This document shows positions 1-13,125 of a DNA stretch of 64,000 bases, one piece after another. The DNA is from Octopus sinensis. Lineage: Eukaryota. The DNA lies in assembly GCF_006345805.1 (NCBI RefSeq), contig NC_043001.1, positions 56,172,001 through 56,236,000 on the forward strand. The letters run 5' to 3'. The notes beneath the pieces are model-generated. The model was not told the origin of the DNA. It searched no databases and saw only the letters and a list, made by a program, of their open reading frames with translations. Position 1 is the first letter of the stretch. Every line of letters begins with the position of its first letter. A program made the translations under genes and the position numbers.

Positions 1-710
1 CAAAACCATCCGGTTATGGGAGTCTAAACGAAAATACACCGGTTGCTCAGGAGCGATGAACAAACACAAATTCGTGCATGCGCACACAGCAGTGAAATAA
101 TTTTCTTTTCTATTTCTCTTGGCGAGTTTGTTTTTAAATTTGTTGGACTCAGCTATTTCTAATTTCTATGTATACTCTGGCCACCGGATCTTCACAATGA
201 CTTTGATTCACTTTATCTGAATAAAATCTGTTGGTTATAGGTTACGCTCTTTAAAATATATTAGTTCTGCTATAAAAATATCAGATTCCCAGTCAGAAAT
301 GTATCTCTTCTTTCCGGGGTCACAAAGTCCAAACTACACTCCTGTTTAAAGATTCGAACTTTTTTTTTGTAGTGTGTTTTAAAAGATAAGACCCTTCGTG
401 TAGAAATACTGAAATTTTATCCATTTCTTCTTGGTTGTTTAATTCATTAAACCTAAAAGAGTAAATCTCTTTCGAAATACTGATAAAATTTATACACCTG
501 GCAAAGAGATGATAAAACTAGTTACTCGCGACATTCAAGACCGGAATTCACATCTAAAATTTCAATGGGAAATAACAGCTAGGCTCTTCTGGAAGAATCA
601 GTGGGTTGACTAACACCTCGCTTTTACTAATTTCTTCAATTGGTTTTATGTATAATTCAGAAACAAACTAACAAAGAACATTAAAATTAATCAAAGCCGC
701 GACTATTCTG

Positions 711-712
<2 letters not shown>

Positions 713-741
<29 letters not shown>

Positions 742-1000
742 TGTATGTATGTATGTATGTATGTATGTATGTATGTATGTATGTATGTATGTATGTTTGT
801 ATATATGTATGTATGTATGTATGTATTATGTATGTATGTATTTATGTATGCATGTATGTATGTATTTGTGTGTGTGTGAGTGTGTGTGTATTGTAGATTT
901 TATTTATGATTACAACATTCTAATATGTTCTTTCCTTATTTAAGACTAACGGTACATGGGGTTCTAGGGGTATGTATAGGATATGTATAGGGTATGTATG

Positions 1001-1032
<32 letters not shown>

Positions 1033-1042
1033 TGTATGTATG
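713..1042. repeat. (TATG)n/(TG)n microsatellite block
   Basis: Direct tandem TATG; explains ORFs 713..943 and 983..1222 (MYVC repeats). Confidence 0.97.
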
Positions 1043-1230
1043 CATATGAGCAGATTTGTATTTTTTTTGTTTTATGCATGTATTCTCATGCATATAGTTG
1101 CATGTCTAGACATGCTATTAGATTTTACAGTTCCAGTGATAACTTGGATCTGTAGTCTTCGAATCAGCTTTCTCTTTTCTGGTCTTGAGAAGCCTAATTT
1201 CTCAAGATTGGTATTTAGGTAGAATGTTAC

Positions 1231-1536
1231 TGTTGTGATGAGTGTCACGACACCCCCTTGTGAGAAATACTCTGTACCGAGTGATTATAAATAGTAGCGG
1301 TCGGAGTGAAGTTTGTGTATCAGTTCGAGTTGAATTCGCAGGGAAGTCGGAAGGTGTCGGTTGGTTAGTTCGTTCGAATATTGATTGTTTGTTCGTGAAG
1401 AGATTTTTGGATAGTCACCTTGTTATTACGGCTGCATCGTTATCTTGCTTATTGTTACAACACTGGTACAGTGTATCAAAATCATCCGGTACAATATCGT
1501 GGCGGCACTACGACATTGGAGACGGCGGATACAACA
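1231..1536. mobile_element. Solo LTR (BEL/Pao- or Gypsy-type)
   Basis: Starts TGTTGT, ends ACAACA (6-bp terminal inverted repeat, TG...CA). Flanks GTTAC/TTTAC fit a 5-bp TSD with one mismatch. Internal TATAAATA; 306 bp and CpG-rich relative to flanks. Confidence 0.7.
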
Positions 1537-2912
1537 TTTACATATTCTAGAGCCCCAATAGTTACAGACATAAACCTGAACTTATAATCTGGATAGAGTA
1601 ACTGCAGATTTCTCAAAAGTTGAGTGTAGGTATTCATTTTTCACTGGTCTTCGACTTTATATTAACATCCGCTGGGCAGCTGATTTCCACAACTGAATAC
1701 AGTTTTTCTTCTCTTTCTCAAATCATTATATCAGGTCTATTGTGTTTACATTTTATTGAGGTCTTCACGGGGACATTCCACCTATACTCCTTTTTATAAT
1801 GAGTGGCTATGGCTTCTACCATACTGTGGGTTCTTATTTCTTTGGCCTCGGGGTTATCCTTCCAACGGATCTTATTATACTACATCCTGTCTACAGCATT
1901 ATGTCTCATCGGTAGATAATACCATGATGTATGTATGCATGTATGTATGTATGTATGTATGTATGCATGCATGCGTGTGTGTGTATTTTAAAGATGTTAT
2001 TTACGATTACAACATTCTAATATGTCCTTTCCCTATTTAAGACTGATGGTATATGGGATTCTGGGGGAATGTGGTTGTTACTTTTAGAAGGTCGAGTAAC
2101 TATGCAGAGGCTCTTCCGTTATTTTGATTAATTTTGCTCTAACGGGGAACATCAAGTTACTGAAATGAAGACACACACACACACACGTGCGCGCGCACAT
2201 GCGTACACACATGTACGTATGTGTATGCATGTACGCATGCATGTATGTATGTATGTGTGCGTGTATGTATGTATGTATGTGTGCGTGTATTTATCTCCAA
2301 GAATAATCATATGACAACTAGATTTCTTTTATAATCCACATATTTCATAGTTTGAGCCTTAAGAAAACTTGAAATGAGATTCATACAGGGTAGATTAGCT
2401 GGGATATTATGTTTGAGAAATTTCTAATTTAAGATTATAGCATTCTGTGTACATCTGATAAGTTGATTCGGACTTGCTTCTTTGCTGAATTAAACTCGCA
2501 AGTAAACGTGAAAATGAAAATAAATCAAAATTTTTTTTATCTTTTAAAGACAAGCTTTGGTGGATTAAACGCTACTGGATTATTTGAGAAGAGCAACTCT
2601 AATTATAACTGAATATTAACGCTGTGTCTAACAAAGGAACGTAACTGAAAGGCTGCGAGAATATTTGCAGTCATAGGAATAGAAACTTAATATACCTCCA
2701 CAATATTTAGGCAGACTTATTAATAAGGTCTTCGTGAAAATCTTTTGGTTTCATAGTTTGGTTGACACTCACACAGATCCTTGCATAGTTTACTGCTTGA
2801 TTACTTTACTGCTTTCTTCTTGTTTCCTTGTTACGTTCTTTACAAATACAGAGTAGTTGAAAACAGTGAAACACCACATATATTTTGCTCGATCGATATT
2901 CAGAAAACAAAT

Positions 2913-3358
2913 AAGGCAGCGAGCTGCGAGAATCGTTTGCACACCGTATAATGCTTAGCGGCATTTCGTCCATCTTTACATGCTATGTTCAAATTCCGCG
3001 GAGGTCGACTTTGCCTTTTATCCTTCCAGGGTCGATAAAGTAAGTACCAGCTGAGTACTGGGTTCGATGCAATCGACTTACCTCTTATCCTCCGAACTTG
3101 CTGGCCTTATGACAACATTTGGAACCAATATTCAAAGAACAAATGAAAGCGGTGAGCTGGCAGCACCGTTAGCACGTCGGGCATAATGCTCAGTGCCATT
3201 TCGCCCGTCTTTACGCTCTGAGATCAAATTCCGCCGAGGTCGTCTTTGCTTTTCATTCTTTCGAGTCCGATAAAATAAGTACCAGCTTAGCACTGGGGAC
3301 GATGTAATCGACTTGCCCTTCCCCACAAATTGCTGACTTTGTGTCGAAATTTGCGACT
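2913..3358 (+). mobile_element. Two tandem copies of tRNA-derived SINE family A
   Basis: Each starts with an A-box-like GGCGAGCTGGCAG head and has B-box GTTCAAATTCC followed by GAGGTCGACTTTGCCTTT...GTCGATAAA.TAAGTACCAG. Same family recurs many times in the window. Confidence 0.9.
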
Positions 3359-4944
3359 AATGAACAAATGGCAGTTGTTTGTATCAATATCAATTAGTCT
3401 TCACGCAGTCACAGTCAGAGGTTTTGGTTCTCAACTGCTATCATGTAAATTTATCGTATGACTTTCATACTTTTCAGTTATAAATAAGAATAATAATTCA
3501 CACTTTCTTCTAAACTCTGCAACCTTTGTCCCGAGCAAAAAAAAAATCATATTCACTAGTTTGCAGGACTAATTTCAAATCCTTTACTGACTGTGGCTTG
3601 TAAAAGTGACTGACGGTTTAATCTAAAAGTCAATAGGTCTGACACCCATTGAAGGATAGTCTTGATGAACTGTTATTTACTTGATACCTGACACTGAGAA
3701 CAGATGGAGTTAAAAAGGACGGAAAGGGAATAAAAAGGGGTAAGAAAAAGAAAAAAAACAAAACTGAGGCAAAACAAAAGGACTTCGCATGGAGAAGTGA
3801 AATGACTTGCTCACTGCCAACTTATTTCTACGATATTTACGATAGAAGCCCCTTTAAATGAACACAAGCACGGCTAAAGTTGTAGACCAAGATGTTATTT
3901 CATAAAGGACACTGAATTTGTGTCAGCTTTTGTACTGCAGCTCACCAAGTATCGTTAATGTCTTTCGACTGAGAATATTTATCTAAACATTCTTTCACAA
4001 TTTCAAACAATCAAAGTAGCTATATATGAACAACATTATAATTGAAAATAAGTGAATATATAAACAGAGAAATAAATAAATAAAAGACAACTCTCTATCT
4101 TAGAAAAACGGTACGTAAAATGTCTTGAGAGGAGAAAGTGACGTATGATGTGTTTATACAAAAAACAGGGACGGTCACCAGGAAAAAATAGACAAAACAA
4201 AGGAACTGAAGTGTTAACGCCTTGTTTGAAATGATAGCACTGTCCCAAACTGATACAGAGTTTGTACATACATGCCTACAAACACATATATATCACTGAC
4301 TACTGAGTGAATTGGCAGCTATTTGTTCAACACAAGACACACGAGGAAAATTGTAAAGACTACGAACTATAATGAGAAAGGCAAACATAACACAATTTAT
4401 GGGAAACGATATTGTTTCAGAAAATATTGTATAAACAAAAGGAAGTGGGTGGAAAAGGAAAGAGAAAAAGAAAAAAGCAGTTTCCGAATAAAAGTGTTTT
4501 TCAATGAATTACCGCAAGCCAGTTTAAATATTATCACGTCGATGTTATAAAATGTTTACGAAAGAACAAAAAATTAATCTTCCAATATAAACTCAAGTAA
4601 AGGAAACAAAAAAGAATACTGAGTGTCGAAGGAAATCAGTTAATAAAGTTTCTAAAATTGCACACAGACACAGACACTTCTTCAATGTAGAGAACTTTAT
4701 TAAAGGGAACAAAATATTATATAACTTCGCTTTTGACAGCAGATAGCGAGAGCAAAGGCAGGTATTAGTGATGCATAATCGAGTGAATCCTCTCTGTATA
4801 TTGCTGGTATTTATTTCATCGAATATAACAAAGGAAGGTTTTTTTTCCTCTTTTAGATGTAATATCGAATTTTATGAATAATGAAGTCTTTAGTAGTCTT
4901 TAGTAACAGTTTTCCTATGGCACATTGGCAAAGGTAATGCGACT

Positions 4945-5140
4945 AAGTTGACTAGTCACGTATGGGGTTTGAATACCAACTCCAAATTACATGCAATCAA
5001 GTGGAGAATCGTGGAGAAATCCAAGTCATATGTTAATGGATCTAAGAAATGCGACTCATGCGTTGCAGAAAGATCTCATATTCTTCTTAGATCCAAGGCT
5101 TAATTCCAGATCTGAAATTTTTAGTACGTATCAAACTCCT
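4945..5140 (+). mobile_element. Penelope-like element relic, GIY-YIG endonuclease C-terminus
   Basis: Reads YVWGLNTNSKLHAIKWRIVEKSKSYVNGSKKCDSCVAERSHIL...LNSRSEIFS, matching the Penelope pattern IWxLK...IKW.I...CxLCxxEK...LNxRSE. Confidence 0.75.
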
Positions 5141-5282
5141 TACATCAAGACTGCTGCTCAATACTTTATGAATACTGAAAATGTCTTAAAACGTGACAAG
5201 GACAGCTGCAACGGAGACTAGGAAGCCGTGGCCAACAGTAAGTACAAAGTAGGTGTTCTGAGGGCTTCTTTACATCACCCCA

Positions 5283-5660
5283 GACCTTTGAATAGGGCTG
5301 CTATGTGAAGCTGCTAGAGACTGTGGGCAAACCCTGGCTGAGCGGGGTTGCTGCTGGAAGACCATATGTGTGGCATCAGGAAAGTATCAGAAGTGGTTGC
5401 CGAAGAATTTCTACGACTTCACCAACCCCAATGTTTGGCCTCCTGATTCCCCTGACTGTAAGCCCATGAATTACTGTGTGTGGAGCGCAGTTGAGAAAGA
5501 CATCAACTGCTCTGCCTGCAACACCAGGGTCGAGCTGGCATTCAAGATCAAGGAAATGTTCGAAGATCTTACTAGGAACGCGAGAGCCTGGTTCCGGAGC
5601 CGTCTTGAGAACATGGTGGAAGCTGAGGGCACCTAGTTTGAGTAAACTCCTAGCCATACT
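5283..5660 (+). mobile_element. Tc1/mariner (maT-like) transposase 3' fragment
   Basis: KPWLSGVAAGRPYVWHQ...QKWL...WPPDSPDCKPMNYCVWSAVE...FRSRLENMVEAEG, a degenerate WPPNSPDLNPLDYxVW catalytic region. Confidence 0.85.
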
Positions 5661-6020
5661 CTAGTTGTACGGAGAGTACACAAAACAACACCACTTGTCA
5701 AGCGATAGCGATGGGTGGGACAAATATAGGCACAAAGACACTCACATATATACAACGAGCTTCCATACAGTTTCCACCAATCAAATTCACTCGAAAGTCA
5801 TTGGTCATCCAGTTACCCAGCTACACACATACCGTTACACACACACATCATAGGAATTTATAAAATCTAAAGAGGACGTGAAATAATTCTATCCTGGAAT
5901 TGGTTTTCGAAATAGTGCTTGCTTATCCTTCAGATGGTGTCTTAGTTCTTGTATGTAATCTAAAAGTATTTAACTGCCATACCGTTCCAGCTATGTGAGG
6001 TGACTGTGTTATGTTAATTA

Positions 6021-6398
6021 TCTTTTACTTGTTAGTCATTAGACTGCGACCATGCTAGCGCCACTGCCTTGGAGAATTTTTAGTCGAATAAATCCGCATC
6101 AGTACTTATTTTTTAAAAGAAGGTACTTTTTTTTTTTTTGGTCTTTTTTGCCAAACCGTTAAGTTACGGGGATATAAACAGAGCAACATCGGTTGTCAAG
6201 TAGTATAGTGTGCACAAACACAAAGACACATACACACACGCACACACATACATCTATATACATAATGGGCCGTCTTTCAAATCCACTCGCAAGGCTTTGT
6301 TCGGTCGGAGGTTATAGTAGAAGACATTTGTCCAAAGTGCCATGCAGTCGGACTGAACCTGGAACCAGGTAGTTGGGAAGCAACCTTCTTATCATACA
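6021..6398 (-). mobile_element. tRNA-derived SINE family B
   Basis: Homologous to 44591-44979; minus strand carries the GGTTCAGTCC B-box region, GGCAAGTGTCTTCTACTATA core, internal (GT)n and GCATGGCCGCAGTC tail. Confidence 0.88.
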
Positions 6399-6640
6399 AT
6401 CATCGAACGACTAAATGAAAGGGAATTGCTTCAAATAGGATACGATGAAACAAGATAGCACGCTCAACGTTCTAGAAATACCTCCTGGCGTATGGTGCCT
6501 CACTCTTGATTGTTTCATTTCTTTTTTTGCAACGTGGTGTATAGCAGATGTTTCCAACGATTACTAAGATCGACACTAATTTTTTGTAAAGTTACTTTCC
6601 TCTGTGAACTTTTTGTTAAGAATATATATTCAAGTGGTAA

Positions 6641-6935
6641 AGGCGCATGCCCTAGTGATTCGAGTTTGAACTCACGATCGCAAGATCGTCGTTGCGATTC
6701 CCACACTGGCGGTACGTTGTGTTCTTGAGCAAAAACATTTCATTTTACGTTGCTCTAGTCCACTCAGCTGTCAATGGTTAAGTCCTGCGACAGACTGGTA
6801 TTCCGCTTAGGGGTAAGATTGGCCTGCCCGCTTAACCAGCTGAGTGGCGTCATTCGAGAGCAACAACAATGCGAGGAAGCGCATTGTGACCAGCAGTGTG
6901 TAACAACATCCGATAGTCCGGTCGATATACAGTGC
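6641..6935 (+). mobile_element. tRNA-derived SINE family C (degenerate)
   Basis: GGCGCATGCCCTAGTGATTCGAG A-box-like head, GTTGCGATTCCC B-box-like, then GTTGTGTTCTTGAGCAAAAACA core-like segment. Confidence 0.7.
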
Positions 6936-7593
6936 TACAATGATATTTTCATGAGGGCATCTTCAACGATTGGAACTTTTCTTGGATACATGTCATCCTT
7001 CAGTTATTTTTGCAGTAAATTTACTGCAATTCTTATTATGTGCATGTCTTATTGTATATCATATTCATGGATATGTTGTATTTTATGAAATATTTAAAAG
7101 TTAAAAGATTATATCTTCGTGACCTTTCCAGAATTATGCCGTGACACACTTTGGAAAATGCTACTCCAACTACTTCTAAGCTCGTTGAGAATACAAGTCT
7201 CTTGTTTTGATTTAACATTCTAAAAATGGGTCATAAACGGTGTATTGCAGTCACCACTCCTCGCTTGGAGTCTAACTCTTACTTTAACAACAATGAAAAG
7301 TAGTCCGTATTTGATACAAACAAATTATTGTTTGATAGCTTCATTACATAGAAAACGGTGTTAATGTAAATAACCGAAACGCGGTGGGTTATTGGCGATC
7401 TCATTGAAAACTAATATATTCAACAATTTTCTAACATTGTTATCGGTTATCAGTATAATTAAAATATAAATTACTGAAATAAATGATGAAATAAATCGTC
7501 CGGCATTTAGTGAGATAAAAATCAAGTGAATATCAGGAATGTCGCTGAGGAAGAGAAACAAAAACACTCTTAAGTACGTAGAGAGATTTAAAT

Positions 7594-7670
<77 letters not shown>

Positions 7671-7730
7671 TACATACATACATACATACATACATACACA
7701 TACATACATACACATACACACACAAGCACA

Positions 7731-7773
<43 letters not shown>

Positions 7774-7974
7774 CTCTCCCTCTCACTCTCACACACACAC
7801 ACCTGTTTCTGTAAATCCCAAGCACTGTTATGACACTGAACATAACTAATCCCTTCAAATCTCACACTAATCTAGACTTCCTAAGAAAGATTTGCCGAGG
7901 CCCAGCTGTTAGTTATTTGAAGGAATTAATCTAGCACACACAACCTCCCTCTCTTGCCACCTCTATTTCTCTCG

Positions 7975-8012
<38 letters not shown>

Positions 8013-8719
8013 TGCTTCCTCTCTCACATTCACACACATACACACATAAAACAATTTATTAATGAGCTAGGATGATAACTATGAATTAAAGTAAAACAAG
8101 ATATGTAGTGAATGTGCATAAATAATATATACACACATATACATACATATACATATGCATACATACATCCCCACACATATGTGTGTATGTGTGTTTGTGT
8201 GTGTGCGTGTGTGTCTTGTGTGCTTGTGCGCATGTATGTGTATAAATACATATAAATTCATATTGCAAAGCAAAGCGTTTTCAATCACATGAAAGAGGAT
8301 ATCGTCTTCTGTCCATGGTCAGATTCAGTTTAGGTTGTCGCTCTTATAGCTATATAAGTTAGAAATCAGTTGAACTAGTTCCTCTAATTAACATAACAGT
8401 GTAGTCACTTTGTTTAGTCAAATCATAGTAAACTATATAGTGGTTTGGGATAATCGGAAGAGGTTACACGTCAGGTTTGATCTCTCTCTGGGAAGAAAAC
8501 CGAGCGATTGATCTGGATAGTTTCTTGGGTTCTTAGTTCTTTATCAGTAATTATCATGCTTTATAAAGATGAGTTCTATTTCTTTAGTTTGTTACAGTGC
8601 GCGCATGCACACGCACACACACACGCGCGTAGACTAGCATCGTGTACGACATATATATATACATATGTGTGTATGTGCGTGTGTGACTGTGTCTTTTCAT
8701 TATTATTTGTTTTTTGACA

Positions 8720-9490
8720 CTAAAGCTCATCTCTCAATTACAACATGGCAACTCTCGGAGAGCAATAGGACACTGCAAAGTAATCAGTAGAAGTCTGGTG
8801 AATACCTTATCAAGAGTTACAAGTAAATGATAGCATGAATGCCATCGTAATTTCACTAAATAGCTTCCCCTTGAACAGTGATATCGCTATTCCTTCTCTC
8901 AAATCTTGTAGAACAGGAGGACTATTCCTCACATTCATAATGAACGTGGTCACAAACTCAGGCATTACACAAGTACTACCATGCTACATAATATTAAATG
9001 GGATACTATAAACTTCTGGTGTCCATGCAGAATGAATATATTTAACGGCAATTTTGAATTACTGTTTGTTGGGAATGGTATCCACTTCCTGAGTAAGAGG
9101 ATAGAGGAATGCTTTCTGTAATATTTTCATATACTGCGGATGAATAATGAACCAGGTCTTTGAAATACTGTATTCGTCTCTTCAAAATATCCTTAATATC
9201 ATTAATAAAGACCGATTGCATATCTGATTTATGCTGCTTCAGCGATTCATCTGATGTCAAACGTTCATTTCCAGATAGAGGAGAAATAATCAATTGCTGG
9301 AGCAATTTATACTTGATAATTAGTAGCTTAGATGTTTCTGAGTTATTTTCACCAAACCAATCAAAGACTAAAATATCAACAAAAATTGTATAAACTTTTG
9401 GTTTGAAATCCGTCAAGAAGCGAATGAGCATAAACTTCTCGGAAGGACTCACATATTACAGAATATTGAAGTTAGACAATTTTAATTTGT
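8720..9490 (-). pseudogene. Unidentified decayed coding sequence
   Basis: 136-codon open frame (9042..9452) of non-repetitive protein-like composition. It continues in a shifted frame (AFLYPLTQEVDTIPNKQ*FKIAVKYIHSAWTPEVYSIPFNIM*HGSTCVMPEFVTTFIMNVRNSPPVLQDLREGIAISLFKGKLF) with scattered stops. Family not recognised. Confidence 0.4.
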
Positions 9491-9499
9491 TCCGGAACC

Positions 9500-9945
9500 T
9501 TCGTGTTATTTGGTGTCTGCATGCCCTCCCGGCCACGCATGTATGACATGTTCAGTTGTCTATGAAGCTGAGGTCACCGCCTTTCCGCAAAATAAGGTAT
9601 CCGAATAACAGAAAATATACTGAACTGTGCAAAAGTTACTTCAAAATGGGTTACGTCAACCAACAGTTTTCTTTCAAGTACATAGACAAAAAGGAAAGGC
9701 ACAAAGCTAGCAAGCCATATCTGGAATCTAAAGGACAGAAGCGTACTACACACCATCAAGTAGAACATCGTAGAGACATCTAGAACAAACAATAACTATT
9801 TAAAGATGTTTAAGCTCTGTGTAGCTGAAAGAACATACGATGAAATCGGAGAACTGTACCAACATTCTAACCTCGAGGTCAGAAATGTTTATTAAATGTA
9901 TTCATTTTGACAAGTTTCTGTTAGCAAACTGGAAGATGCTCTCCT
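9500..9945 (+). mobile_element. Penelope-like element relic, GIY-YIG endonuclease
   Basis: CPPGHACMTCSVVYEAEVT...KYTELCKSYFKMGYVN...SHIWNLKD...IKxNIV...CVAER...NILxSRSEMFIKCIHFDKFLLAN across frameshifts. Confidence 0.85.
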
Positions 9946-10268
9946 CACCGGATTAGACACGTAGTTTAACGCTCTTTAGCCTTTTCCCATTTTACTATAC
10001 CCACTAGGCATAGTTTTGTTAGCAGATTACGTCTAATTAAAATACGTGAAAAACCCAACACTAACACTATTCTTCATTAGCAAAATAGCTAAGTTATCCG
10101 GTTTTAAATTAAAGCGTTTCATGTTTTTTCTGTTTTTTTGTTTCTTCGCAGTTCCTCAGAGTAGCCATGTTATGCGAGTCTAAATGATTGCCATAATGTT
10201 CACCAGCATGGTATACTGTGTGCCAGCATGGCCGCAGTCAAATGACTGAAACAAATAAAAGAGTAAAA

Positions 10269-10316
<48 letters not shown>

Positions 10317-10329
10317 GAAAATACTAACA

Positions 10330-10694
10330 TAATTTTATCATGAAGAAAATTTTAATACCGGTTTCGGTCTGCGACTTTTTCAACTTAGAATAAAGCATGA
10401 AAATAATTAAATTATGGAAAAATTAAATAAAATGTTTCTTTTAAATATTTCCATAGTTTTAAGATAGGTGAACATTTTGTTTTTTCTGTTTCTCTCTCAC
10501 ATTTACTTTTGTGACGGCTCGGTCGGTAGGTAGTAGCAGATCTGAATAAATATTTAATATTTCTTCAGATCTGCTATTACCAGCCTACCGAGCCTTCACG
10601 AAAGTGAAAGAGAGAGATAGAGAGATAGATAGAAAGACATAGAGAGAGATAGAGAGATAGATAGAGAGACATAGAGAGAGATAGAGAGAAAGGC

Positions 10695-10729
<35 letters not shown>

Positions 10730-10746
10730 AGAGAGAGAGAAAGAGA

Positions 10747-10782
<36 letters not shown>

Positions 10783-10939
10783 TATAAAAGGAAAACGGCC
10801 ACCTATTTGAAAACTATGGCAATATTTAAGAAAAACATTTTATTTAATTTTTCCAGAATTTAATTGTTTTTCATGCTTTTAAGTTGAAAAAGTCGCAAAG
10901 ACTGAAAGCTGTACTAAAATGTTCTTCATAATAAAATTA
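10330..10939. mobile_element. Old palindromic (fold-back) element with degenerate hammerhead motif in each arm
   Basis: Left arm 10330-10554 is the reverse complement of 10556-10939 (centre AAATATT-T-AATATTT). The right arm has a (GA)n expansion. Sits just after a (TA)n tract. Confidence 0.8.
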
Positions 10940-11007
10940 TTTTGGCTTATCCCATTTCTGTTATATATATCAACTTGTGTGTTACTTTTCAACCTTCTAC
11001 ACACACG

Positions 11008-11061
<54 letters not shown>

Positions 11062-11063
<2 letters not shown>

Positions 11064-11274
11064 GGATGGCCCAAAATTAGGTTTACAATTATCACGTAGG
11101 TACTTAAAAATTCTTTTAAAACATTTTATTACATATAAATTTCTCTCTTACAATTAACTAAATTAGCATAGAATAATGGTTTCATATATTTTTTATAATT
11201 AAGATCTAAACTGATAATATATGAATGCAAAAAAGATAGTTGAATAACTTTACACCTACTTTTGGGCCACCCTG
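11062..11274. mobile_element. Tc1/mariner-type MITE
   Basis: TIRs CAGGATGGCCCAAAATTAGG / CCTACTTTTGGGCCACCCTG, TA on the left flank, 213 bp, non-coding. Confidence 0.85.
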
Positions 11275-11286
11275 TGAATATATATA

Positions 11287-11363
<77 letters not shown>

Positions 11364-11458
11364 CACATATACACATGTATATACATATGTATATGTAAAC
11401 GTGTAGGCGTGTCTGTATATATTGAAATACATAAATACATATATATATATATATACAT

Positions 11459-11513
<55 letters not shown>

Positions 11514-11530
11514 TTTATTTACTTATTTAT

Positions 11531-11930
11531 TTTTACTTGTTTCAGTCATTTGACTGTGGCGATGCTGGAGCACCGCCTTTAGTCGAGCAAATCGACCCCA
11601 GGACTTATTCTTTGTAAGCCTAGTACTTATTCTATCAGTGTCTTTTGCCGAACCGCTAAGTTACGGGGACGTAAACACACCAGCATCGGTTCTGAAGCGA
11701 TGTTGGGGCGGGGGACAAACACAGACACACAAACATATACACACACACATACATACATATATACATATATACACAGGCTTCTTTCAGTTTCCGTCAACCA
11801 AATCCACTCACAATCCTCTGGTCGGCCCGAGGCTATAGTAGAAGACACTTGCCCAAGGTGCCACGCAGTGGGACTGAACCCGGAACCATGTGGTTCGTAA
11901 GCAAGCTACTTACCACACAGTCACTCCTAC
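11531..11930 (-). mobile_element. SINE family B, near full length
   Basis: Colinear with 44591-44979. Confidence 0.92.
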
Positions 11931-12014
11931 AATACACAGATGTTCATATAAAGAAAGAATTATTAAAAGAATAATGAATTACATACAGATATATATAAGT
12001 ACATACTTATATAA

Positions 12015-12054
<40 letters not shown>

Positions 12055-12879
12055 ATTTGCACGAAGGAAAGATATACAATACATACCATTGAAAAACTGC
12101 CGATAAATCAATGCGTCGAATAAAAAATCCTTATGGCATGTATTTGGCTCGTATATATATGACACATATATATACGCCAGTGTCATTCTCCCCATCGGAA
12201 ATGCAATGAACCAGTGATTGACCCATTGAAATCCTATAACCATCGGCCTTATTGTTCACAAATGCATGATATAAAATAAGTATATTACAGAACTGTTACA
12301 CTACTGCACGATCTCAGATAGTTTTCCATGACAACCACCCGTGATCAATATTCATAAAAATCGGCATTTCGAAAGCTAAGCCTGCTCTTTAGGATAAAGA
12401 AATATTTTAGTTCTGAATATCCGCTGACAATATCTATGCATAGCACAAGTAACCGTCCACATATTTATGAAAAAGCAGTTGCTATATAAAAAAAAATTGA
12501 TGATTGTCTTATTTTGTCAAATGATAGCTGTCTTATATGAGACATCAGTATATCATTGATTTACAGTGACATACCGTTGGTCAACGAATGTGTATTTCAA
12601 TCTAAACATTCATAGTTAAATACCGAGTAGCATGCGAGACGAAGCTCACTGGTATTTTTCAATAACAAAGTTTTCGCCAGTTAGCAGTTGGGGTCAATTT
12701 TGGAACTATGTCTAAGGAGTTTTTATATACGTGCAGAGACAAGTGTAGGTATTTCTGCACCCTGAGATTTTCTTATAAGAGTTTTCCATCTCATCACTAG
12801 TTTGTTAATCACAATTACTGTTTGTCCATAGAATAAGTTATCTCGCTCCAGGCAGCAACTTGGCATTTTATGTTGACGA

Positions 12880-13125
12880 GAAACAGTCTGGGCATCACCT
12901 CAAGTTGAACTCTGTTGAAAGCTATTACTAAGGTAGTCGCTGTTCCCTAGCTTGGGTCCAACTATTCTTTTGAGAGGTGTTGGTTTTATGTTGCTGAGAC
13001 TCTAGCAACCCTCCTCACCAGGATATTCCGGGGTGGAGTGCCGGTTTATTTGCCAACCACCCGACTATGCAGCAGGGTTTATACACACTTCAGCAGATAT
13101 ATACACCCGTGACAACACACACACT
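12880..13125 (-). mobile_element. Probable LINE 5' UTR fragment
   Basis: GC-richer island (GGTTGGCAAATAAACCGGCACTCC...GGGTTGCTAGAG...CATAAAACC) resembling RTE-type 5' ends; recognition only. Confidence 0.35.
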
